64,000 nucleotides of DNA, taken from Anthoceros angustus. Its lineage: Eukaryota; Plantae; Anthocerotophyta. The stretch spans positions 78,024 through 142,023 of the forward strand of contig VJWM01000280.1 in NCBI GenBank assembly GCA_010909165.1, written 5' to 3'. The notes beneath the pieces were generated by a model. It did no database searches, was not told where the DNA came from, and worked only from the letters and a program-made list of their open reading frames with translations. Shown here one piece after another: positions 51,300-60,944 of the stretch; positions within the stretch are counted from its first letter, which is position 1; each line of letters starts with the position of its first letter. The position numbers and the translations under genes were made by a program.

Positions 51300-53330
51300 G
51301 ATGGCACGGGCACAATTTTGGTGTGATCAGAAATGACCCTGCCATCAGATCCTGCAGCACCAACACTCCATTGGACTTGACCTCCTGATCCTAAGCACAT
51401 GTCTGCTGCTGGAAGTCTCAAGAGTGTCAGCTGTTTGGCGTTGAAGATACACGAAATCCCCAGCCTGGAATTTCTTAAGCTTGGGCCTGAAGCTCCCGCT
51501 GCAGTGTGGGCGTTAGTGTGTCGATGCTGTGCAATGTGCAAATTTTTCCATAGCCATCGGCATCACTCGGACGGAAAAGGCAGCCCTGTCACCTATCATC
51601 CTAGCCCAAGTGGCTGGATCATCCAGCGAGACCACGGCCTGCATCTGTTTAGCGATGGAGCTAGGTGGAACAGGCTCCCTGCCAAAGAAGGAAATAGGGT
51701 GAGAAATGAGCTAGGGAAGCGTGCGGCTCATTCGGTACCCCATCAATATATAAGGCAGCATGATGTCCCAATCCCCTTCGGGGCAGAGCTTGCGGAGGCC
51801 CTTTTGATGGTTTGAACCATCCTCTCAGCCAACCCGTCGGCCTGAGGGTGGTCCCTGCTGGTCCTCCTGTGGTCAATTAGTGCCACATCCAACAGGTCTT
51901 GGAATTCCCTCGAGATCTTCGGACCATGTATATAACTCCTGACCATTGTAGAGCTTGGATATCGAATTTTTGTTTTCCGAGGGCACTCCAGACTTGAAGA
52001 GCGGCTCTCGCACTTTCCTTGCGCATTTCGAGCTGGAACAAAATAGTCTTGCAAAATCCTTGGGCGGATAGCTTGGGCTGTTGATTTCCTCGGGTCTGTG
52101 ACCGTCATGCACGGCCCTCATTTCTAGGAGGTCCACCAACCCAACAACCCCTGGTCAAGGCTATAGGCTGCAGTACCCAAAGCCTCGTAGATTTCTTGCA
52201 TTGACCGAGGAGTCCTTTCTTCTTTACAAGCCACGTACATAGCGGCAGCCACATACGTCTCTTCATCCCTTTTCTCAAGACCCTCGCCTTCTTGTACAAG
52301 GAACTTGCCAATACTGCGTGTTGTGCACAATTCTCATTCTTTCTGCGAGCTCAAATCCTATCAAAGGCGATATCAGTGCCCAGGTCAGTGAGGAACCCGT
52401 GCATTCGTGTTCCGGTGTGGATGCAACCCATTTTTCCTTTGCGCTTTGTGCGGATGCAAGTGGTTAGGCCAGCATGGTCGAGCAAGTCATCAGGTGTCAA
52501 AGACGTCCTTCCTTCTCCTCGTGCTCGGTGTCATTATCGAACTTCCTATATTCCAAGGTTTCGTCGATCGACGTTCTTCTAACACTAGACCGCACCTGTG
52601 CAATCTTTGTCTCGGATGCTGTCCTCATAAATCTGTCTTTATCTTGCACTCTAGACATTTCACTCCATATTCTACCTGTCCCGAGATAATTAAAAAGTGG
52701 AATGTAGCCTTCAAATCGTTAACCCACGAGGGCTTTGGACAATGAGTGACTAAGCACAATGATTGTTTTCAAAGCAGTAAAGGATTCCACGGTGACCTTG
52801 AACCTTGGTCGGTGAGACACTCCGCGCAACTGCCAAAGCGGCTCAGCACGTTCTGCAAGAAAGCCTGTGATGTGCTCCTGGATGACTTGTCAGGCAACGC
52901 CACGGCCTCCACCCACTTGCTAAAGTGCTCTATCATCACCAAGATGTACACGTTACCCCTTGGTGTCTTGGGCAGCTCTCCTGAGGTCGCGGACCACCTG
53001 AAGAAGAGCCCCATGATGGGGAGTGGGTGCAGCTCTGGGTGCTGCATAGTGAAGGATGTTTTTGGTCACATGGCTCACAGCAAGCGACACATTCCCGGAC
53101 TTGTGCATGCATGCCAAACCAGTGGAAGTGAGGGGCCAGCAAGCTGTAGGTCCTCTTGACTCCAAAATGCCCCATGTCATCATGTACTCTTGAATGAGAT
53201 CAGCACGATCTCCGGGAGGTGGAACCAGCCGTTCCACACCATGGGCCTGCCTCGGATGAGGTACCCATCTCTCCAGTAGTAGGCAGCAGCACGTTGCTGT
53301 ACCGCTCACATTCTGCTGCTGTCCAATCTT
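51300..53330 (-). CDS. Integrase (HHCC + DDE core + C-terminal extension), interrupted by TFIIB DNA at 51905-52805
   Basis: GHFGVKRTY..CVACCEPCD; YILVMIEHFSKWVEAVALPDK; LTDQG; HPQADGLAERMVQTIK. Confidence 0.9.
51905..52805 (-). pseudogene. TFIIB-array piece within the integrase core
   Basis: ATG at 52668. Bounded by TTCCCTCGA and TGAACCTTG microhomologies. Confidence 0.75.
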
Positions 53331-53569
53331 CACCTAGCTGGCCAGTTTGCACAAACTGAATTGTATGCACGTCCTCCCATATGTCCTTGGGGACATGTTG
53401 AGCTGCTGCAACCTCAAGCTGTCCAAGGCATGTCATGGCCACCAAGGCAGCTACAGCAAAATCTGCCTGTCCTCGTGGCTGATCATCCTCATCCTGCCTA
53501 GCCTCCGTGGCATCCCTACAGCTGCTATCCGGATTCCTGGAGAGGGTGTCCGCATTCTGATGTGGCCTG

Positions 53570-54612
53570 TGCTCCACATGGAAGTTGTAATCCTGCAAAA
53601 ATCATGGCCCAGCGAGCAAGTCATCAGGTGTCAAAAGACGTCCTTCCTTCTCCTCGTGCTCGGTGTCATTATCGAACTTCCTATATTCCAAGGTTTCGTC
53701 GATCGACGTTCTTCTAACACTAGACCGCACCTGTGCAATCTTTGTCTCGGATGCTGTCCTCATAAATCTGTCTTTATCTTGCACTCTAGACATTTCACTC
53801 CATATTCTACCTGTCCCGAGATAATTAAAAAGTGGAATGTAGCCTTCAAATCGTTAACCCACGAGGGCTTTGGACAATGAGTGACTAAGCACAATGATTG
53901 TTTTCAAAGCAGTAAAGGATTCCAGTGACCTTGAACCTTGACACCTTACGAGGGCTTGTCCAATGTTTATGAATATATGTAAGTCGCATCCCTCATTTAT
54001 ATACCCAAGTTTTCCTTGGCCTTGGGAATCTTACGTGGAATTTTGCATCCGAAACCCCTAATTACCATGGGCCAAGGAACAATCATCCTTGGATTTCGTC
54101 ATCCCTTTTTTCCCCCTTAAATTCGCCCACTTCCTTGAGGTTGATTCCGTCCTTGGACTTTGGCCTCAACGGTTGTTGCTGCGTGAGGCAAAGGCAATCA
54201 CACGTTCCTTCCCTGCTCATCCTCTTGCTTGCGCAGCACCCAGCCCCAGACTACTCCAGTCTGTATGAAGCACAAACGGCTTGTCAAAATTGGGACGAGC
54301 CATAATGGGTGATGTGCTGAGCCGCTCTTTCAAGGTGTCAAAAGACTGTTGAGCATGCTCATCCCACAGCCACTCCACGTCCTTGCGCAATAGGTTGTTC
54401 AGCGGTTTAGCAATCCTGCTGAAATTCTGGATGTACACCCTGTAATAGTTGCACAATCCTAGAAATGCCCGTAGTGCTGACACATTGGTGGGCTCCTTCA
54501 CCCGCTGAATGGCCTGGATCTTGGCTGCATGAGGCATGACTCCATTGGGCACGATCTTGTGTCCCAAGTATGCTACAGTGCTCATCCCAAACTCACATTT
54601 GGAGGGTGGCAC
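53570..54612 (-). CDS. RT thumb/connection and RNase H (middle replaced by TFIIB DNA at 53617-54168)
   Basis: PSKCEFGMSTVAYLGH..LRAFLGLCNYYR..KPFVLHTDWSSLGLGA; ERVIAFASRSNN; LARWAM.LQDYNFHVEHR..NADTLSR. Confidence 0.9.
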
Positions 54613-55520
54613 GTGAGCTCAGCCTTCGCAACCTAAGGAACAGATCCTCTAGATGTGCCAAGTGCTGCTCAAAATCCTTGGGCGGATAGCTTTGGGCCAG
54701 CGCGGATTTCCTGGTCTGTGACTCGTCATGCACGGCCCTCATTTCTAGGAGGTCCACCAACTTCCCAACAACCCCGTCAAGGCTATAGCAGTACCCAAAG
54801 CCTCGTAGATTTCTTGCATTGACCGAGGAGTCCTTTCTTCTTTACAAGCCACGTACATAGCGGCGACACATCGTCTCTTCACAACTCCCTTTTCTCAAGA
54901 CCCTCGCCTTCTTGTACAAGGAACTTGCCAATGCGTGTTGTGCACAAGGACATCGTCAATGTAGCACATCAAATATGCTGCACCTGCCAGCACAAGATCC
55001 ATTATCCTCTGGAAGGTGACTGGTGCATTTTAAATCCAAAAGGCATCACCAGCCACTCCACAGCTGCTGAGATCCATGGAAGGCAGTCTTCTTGATGTCC
55101 TCCTCAGCAACCGGCACCTGGTTGAATCCTTGGCGTAGGTCAAGTGTGGAGAAGAAGACTGACTGCCCAATGCGGTCAAAAATTTCTTCAGGGTCGCATC
55201 GGTGCGATCCTGTGCTGTTGCTACATTTATGGGACGATAGTCCCCGCATCCTCTTCTCAGTCCACAGCCCTTGGCTGTCCTTCTTGGGCATCACGGTGGC
55301 AGCAGCATAGTCACTGCTGGAGGGCCTGATCAACCCTGCTTCCAGCAATTCCCTGCAGCGGGCGTCCACCATGTCCCATTCTGTCTTGCTGAGACGGTAC
55401 CTTCTCCTGTAGATGGGCTCCGAGGTGGTAAGGTTGATCCTAAAGGTCAACACATTACACCTCTTCAGCTCCTTCATTGAGAAGGCGAAGCAGTCTCGAT
55501 ACTTCAGCAGTAGCACGTGA
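54613..55520 (-). CDS. Reverse transcriptase (interrupted by a TFIIB fragment at 54670-54947)
   Basis: FSTLDLRQGFNQVPVAEEDIKKTAF; VMPFGFK.APVTFQRIMD..CYIDDVLVH (YIDD at ~54955-54966); DFEQHLAHLEDLFLRLR. Confidence 0.92.
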
Positions 55521-55799
55521 ATCCTCTGCTTCTGCGGTCTGTGAGCTCATCCCCATCTTCCAAGGGAAATTATCAGCTGTGACCTTTGTTGATGCTCCAT
55601 GCTCACTTCCCTTGTGGTCAGATGCGGAAAGCAGACCTGTTTCCCCATGTAGGCTGCTCCACCCCCAGCATCTGGCCAAAAGGGTAGGTGAGTGTAGCCA
55701 GGAAAGGAAAATGGACAGCATCTGCTGGGCACATACTGGCCAGCAAGCTAGGAAGGGCTACAGCTGCAACTTGGCGTGCAATTGAAAGGCGAGGCAGAG

Positions 55800-56735
55800 G
55801 CTGACCAGCCAAGTAATGGCGTGAAGGTCCATGGCTCTGCCTATGGCTGCAGCACGCTGGGGTCGAGTGACTTGAGGTGCTGCTGTAGAGCCTGTTTGGA
55901 AAACCCATCAGGCGCTCGCTCCTCTACTCCAGGTTCCTCCCATTGCTGAGTGGTAGTGTTAAGGAGCATGCCATTGCCTTGAGCTCTGTATGCAAAGAGC
56001 CTGGAAAACTCACAGCGTGGGCACGCGTCTGTCTCGGCTGCCCTGGCACATTGGTAGGGAACCAAGGTGCACGCTCACTAGCAGTGACTGGCTTGGGCTG
56101 ATGATGTGGTTCCAAGACCAGCTGCAGCTGCAAGTGGGGATCCCTGGTGGTGCCACGTAAGGCTAGCTCCAGAAAGAAGAGGGACAAGGTTTGTCCAATA
56201 ATTGCGTAGCCTGTGGGCATAGCTACCCACCTGGGCAGCATCCATAAGGAATGGGAGCCACATAATGCTGCACAATCACCATGTCCTGTTGCACATGTGG
56301 GCGTGAGTCCAGCTGGGCAGGTGTGTTTTCAAGAGATAAGCACAGCGTGGATTATCTTGCTGAGCCCATGCGAGCACCTGGTGCAAGTCCCGAAAGAGGC
56401 CTGAACGTGCATCTTCTAAGCCTTGGCCACGGCCTGCCCTGGAAAACCCCTGGCATTCCCAGCCAGCGATGACCATGTCCACAGGTCCCAAAGCATGGAT
56501 GTGGGCCTGTTGGATGTGCACATCCTGTGGCCAGGCCGTAAAACGCTGTGAGTGGCCTCTGGGGGTAGTTGCTGTGGGCGCTGTTGCAGCCCAAGCAGTC
56601 TGAAGGCTGCAATGTCCCTGGCTATTGGGTCCTTGTCACAATAGACATAGCGCGGATAGTGAGCCCGTCAATAGCAAAGCCTCCAGGCCAGTGCAGATAC
56701 CCCAAATAGCTCTACCACCGTTAGTTCAGGCTGAG
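55800..56735 (-). CDS. C5 cytosine DNA methyltransferase catalytic domain, DNMT3-like, inside pol
   Basis: Read across frameshifts: motif I VVELFG(G)ICTGLEAL; II YVYCDKDPIA; IV GPVDMVIAGWECQGFSRAG..GLEDARSGLF; VI ENTP; VIII DAAQVGSYAHRLRNYWTNL; IX EER..LMGFP; X AAAIGRAMDLHAITWL. Confidence 0.9.
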
Positions 56736-57139
56736 AGGTGCCCACGTGATCACAGTGCAGTTCAGCAGCTTGTCCTGTGTGGGATGCGCCAACCCTGTAG
56801 CCACAAGGCTCTGGACACGTTGCAATTGAGCCTTGGCATTCTGCAAACGCGGCCACCTCAGCAGGGTAGTCTGGATGAGCCATGGCTTGAGACAAAGTGC
56901 TGCCACTGCCAGGTGAGTCCTCATCAGCTGCAGACTCCAGCTGCCGTTCTACATGGGCAGTGTCCCTCACTAGCTCGCCAAGGTTGCAAGACTGAATGTC
57001 ACAAACCATTTGGCAGGCTGGCAGGCCACATCAGCAACTGTTTTACCATGAAGGTCCAGTGGCAGATGCGCCACCACCCCCTTGTCTCCAATCAGGCCTG
57101 TAAAGGCTTGTTCCGTCCAGTTGTCCACGCCAATGCCTG

Positions 57140-57431
57140 GTGGGTACAAAATTCTTGACCCAACAAGACATCGTGGTTGGTGGCTGTGGTCACAAGACAG
57201 GGCAATGACAAGGTCATCTCATCTGGCGTGCCGGGTTAAGGTAATATCCACGGTCGGATGGTTTCCACACACTGGCTCAATTGCCCTGGAAGCAGTCCTG
57301 ATGTTCCAGGGTGATGTGCGAAGAGCATCACCCTTCAGATGCAACCTGGCTGCCAGCACCTTGCCGATTATGACTGGCTGTGCACCTGTGTCAAGCAGCA
57401 CCACCCTGGGTGCGTAACCATTCACTGTCAC
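57140..57431 (-). CDS. Aspartic protease domain
   Basis: VVLLDTGAQPVIIG, with a downstream VLLG. Confidence 0.85.
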
Positions 57432-58069
57432 GTGCCCTGCTCGATTATCAACAAGCGTTGCTAACCCGGTGTTGAGCCTGTTGGTGGCTGCACTCGTGGT
57501 CTGTCACCAACTTGGCCTGCCACCTGTACACTGCAGACTCCTTCCAGCAAGCCGGAATGCATTCGTGGCTGCTCCATGGGCTGAAGGCTGCTGTCACAGC
57601 GTGACGATCTGTCTGGTGGGAGTTCCCACAATCGGGCATGAGCAACCACAGGATCGGGCTCATTGCATGTGGCCACAACTTCTAGTGTCTGCATCATTTG
57701 CTGCAGCCGGCTGGGTGTAACTCAAGCTCCTGGAGAGTGAAGAGTGGGATCTCCGTGAGCCTCTTAGCCACCTGTTCAGCAGTGACAGCCTGTGGAAGCA
57801 AGTACAATTTTTCCGCATGTGATATGCCCTGCCCCTTTGAGGGGCTGATCCACAGCTCTGACCTGGATGAAGAATGGCTCTGCCCCTGATCGAATGGCAG
57901 AACCTGGCGGCAATGGCACATAGGATTGAGGCATCACTGCCTCGCCCTCGTTGCCTAGTGACAGGTCCAGTAGCTGCTGATGTAATGTCCAGCGTGGTAT
58001 TTGGGAGCACATGCCCCACCCAGCTGGTCGGCATCACAACACGTCCCTCTTGGCTGTCACTTGGTGCCT

Positions 58070-59345
58070 TATCCGCTGTGCAGACCTGATGTGGCGTAGT
58101 CCTCTCCTTCAGGTACTGCAACAAGTTCTACTGCTGCAGCCGGTTTGGCTCCTTCAGCACTAGAGATTGGCCACCTGCGTGGCCAATGCCAGTTGTGCCT
58201 CCAAGGTTGCGACCTTCTCAGCATTGGCAGTATTCTTGGCCTTGGCCTTGTCACGTTGTTGTTTGCTCCGTGAAGGCCCTGCTGTTCCAGCTGCAGCAGC
58301 TGTAGGTGCCACTGCTGTCCCACCAACCTCTGCCTTTGCCTTCTGATACCGTCTCTCCGGATGTTTCTGGAAGCAGACCGTGACAACATGGCCGTTCTTC
58401 TGGCAGTGAGTGCAGAACAAACCCTCCGATGGACACTTGCATGCAGTGGACAAGTGCTCTGGACTGCCACAGTAATTGCATAAGGCTGCGCTGCTGCTGC
58501 TGTAGCTGCTGCCCCTGCCTTGGCTGGCTTAGCTGGCCCTGCCCCTTGAGGAAGCTCCCCATGCGTGGTTGACCCCTTGTTGGTGAACATGGACTGGTAG
58601 TGATGGAAGGACTTGGCATGCTTGGAGGAGAACACCGGTGGCGATCTCCTTCTTCTCCGCCTCTTCATGCACTTGCTCCAAGGTGTAGTTATCACCATAT
58701 TTGTCCACCAAGGAGGACACAAGCTGGAAGTGAAAAGAGAATCACCCTCCAGGGCAACTAAGAATTTCTCCGCTGCCTCCTGATCCGTCAACATGCCAGT
58801 ACCCTCACGTAGCTTTTGCAGCCTACGGAAGCACATCTGGACTGTCTCCCTTTCTTCCCATAAAGTAGCCAACTCAGCGATTTTCTCCGGAGTTTTGAGG
58901 GGCCTTTTCCAGAATCTTCAGAAACTCCTCCACGGGGTTGGCATGCTTGGGAGTCTGGATGAACTCATCAATCCCCTGCGTTGCTGTTGTCCTCTCCGCT
59001 GGGGTGAGGGGCTCACCACTGTAGGAGGCTGCAGTGGCAGCAACAGTGCCATTAGCAATGGCCTGTTGATGAGCTGTAATGGCGGCCTGCAACTTGGCAT
59101 TGTAGGCTAGCTGCAGCGCCCCTGGTGCAAAGGATTCAAGGTCTGCACCGTGGCAGTCAAATCTGCTTGGTGAGCCTCATACAAATCCAATGCCTCATCA
59201 GCCATGTAGGCAGACAGCTGTTCGAACATGTACAGGTGATTGTACAACGCAGCGTGCTTGAACTTCACCCGGCTGATTGCCTCACTCACACGTGGGAAAT
59301 CTCTCAAAGACATAGTCCCAGGCCTGCCTGAGAATTTTCGTGCCT
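58070..59345 (-). CDS. Gag with CCHC zinc knuckle (frameshifted)
   Basis: CTHCQKNGHVVTVC (ORF 58160-58453). Helical ORFs at 58529-59313 lie upstream of PR. Confidence 0.75.
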
Positions 59346-59865
59346 ACTTGATGGCCCTGACTCCATGGTATCAGATCCCTCCGAGAGGTCAGCTTTAGTC
59401 TGTCCTCCTTGTGCTGTTGAAATCACCAATGAATGGTCAGCACCTGGCCTCCACTATCCTGCCTCAAGTCACCAAAATCTGGTGCAACTGGATCGGGGCC
59501 TGGTTAGCAAAGGGGACCAACTTGTGCCTGCAGCAGTTGTAGCTGCTCAGCACCAGGATCTGCTCCCGCTGGGTCTCCTCCTAGAGACAGCCGTTGCCGT
59601 TGTGCTGGCCGCCTCCTCCTTGCAAAGACCCTGGCTGGCACGTCCCTTGTCCTCAGTCGATGGCGTGGACTACCTCCCTCCTCGTCAGAGGGCATTGCCC
59701 ATGTAGACAGCACAGAGATCAGCCACCAGCAAGGTAAGCAAGTGCTGCAAGGCAGCCTCCGAGAAAGCAAAACCCCAGCCACAGAATCAATGTGAAAGCA
59801 ACGCTGCAACTTCCCTGTAAGCAAAGGGACCTGCACTATCCTAGCACCTATGCAACAAGGGAAGT

Positions 59866-60227
59866 GATGGCTGCAAATAGCCAATTTCTAACTGAACCCT
59901 AAGTGCCCAACCTTTCCAAGGCATTCAGTCCTTGGATTGCACTCAGTAGACAAAATGGTACCAACAGATTTGTCTCAACAAGGCGAACACTTTGGTATGC
60001 AAATCAGCGGAAACCGACCTGTGGATCGATCGCTATGAACGCTGATGGCTGCAAATAGCCAATTTCCACACCTGAACCCTAAGTGCTCAACCTCTCCAAG
60101 GCATTCAGTCCCTGGATTGCACTCGAAAGTAGACAAAATGGTACCAACAGATTCGTCTCAACAAGGCGAACACTCTGGTATGCAAATCGGACGGCAACCG
60201 ACCTGTGGGGCGATCGCTATGAACGCT
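59866..60227. repeat. Two tandem ~180 bp units in the 5' leader of the DNMT-Gypsy
   Basis: GATGGCTGCAAATAGCC...CGCTATGAACGCT at 59866-60043 and 60044-60227. Confidence 0.9.
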
Positions 60228-60397
60228 GGAAGACTTGGGCAGCTTGCTGCAGATGAAATGCAGCTGCTTCTGCTGCACAATCAGGGCGTGTGGGGATGCT
60301 GCTAGAGTTGCACGGCCTCCACCAGCTCACTCGCCTCACACGTGAGCTCCAGCAATTGAAAGCAGTTGTCGAAGTAGACAAGCCAGCAGCGCTCACA

Positions 60398-60944
60398 TGT
60401 GCTGTGGCGCACCTCGGTGCAAATACGAATCAAAAGGGCTGCCCTACACGGGCTGCCTGGAGTTGTAAATCCGTGACCTGCCGCAGCACCCACACAATCG
60501 TTCTGAGCCACATGCACACCAAAACCTTGCATTCCAATCAGAAATCCAGCAACACCGCGGTTTTGCGTGAGTCTCAACAACATTCCCTTTCCACGGACTT
60601 CGACAACTGGTTGTTGCAGCTGCCATCGCCAGTCTTGAGGTCTTGGCCGCCATCATGAGCAAGCACCTCCCTCTCGGTGTGATGAGGCCACCACCTCGCA
60701 TGATCCTTTGGCCGTTGCAGCAGCGGGCTTCATGATGTAGCCCACGAGCCACCTGCCGGGTTTGCAGCCCTGGTTCTAGAAATGACCTAAATGGCCTAAT
60801 AACCTATCCTGATAATGTCAGTTAAATAGCTTCATATGGGGTAATAATTAATAGCTATTTCTAATGGCCAAAATCACATATATAGCCAGCCTACCTCTAG
60901 GCTACTATATATATTCTTGTAAAAACAAGTCTGGTGCCACGACA
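60398..60944 (-). repeat. 5' LTR of the DNMT-Gypsy
   Basis: Begins TGTCG at 60944. Homology to the other copies ends at ~60398-60399. Confidence 0.8.

Larger units (their letters stand above)
50183..60944 (-). mobile_element. Near-complete Ty3/Gypsy LTR retrotransposon encoding a C5 DNA methyltransferase and a PHD finger (gag-PR-DNMT-RT-RH-INT-PHD)
   Basis: Direct terminal repeats at 60398-60944 and 50183-50732, both starting TGTCGTGGCACC on the minus strand. The RT-RH-INT order is that of Gypsy. Confidence 0.9.

Noticed and set aside
55800-56735. DIRS-type element with an adenine (Dam-like) methylase
   Set aside because: The motifs are C5-type (catalytic Cys, EN, motif VIII), and the element has a DDE integrase and direct LTRs rather than a tyrosine recombinase.
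59366-59375. tRNA-iMet PBS-like TGGTATCAGA
   Set aside because: It is on the plus strand, opposite to the element's sense, and has no adjacent plus-strand LTR, so it is likely a chance match.
60444-60752. Cys-rich ORF inside the LTR
   Set aside because: The frame is not maintained among the three LTR copies and there is no recognisable motif spacing.
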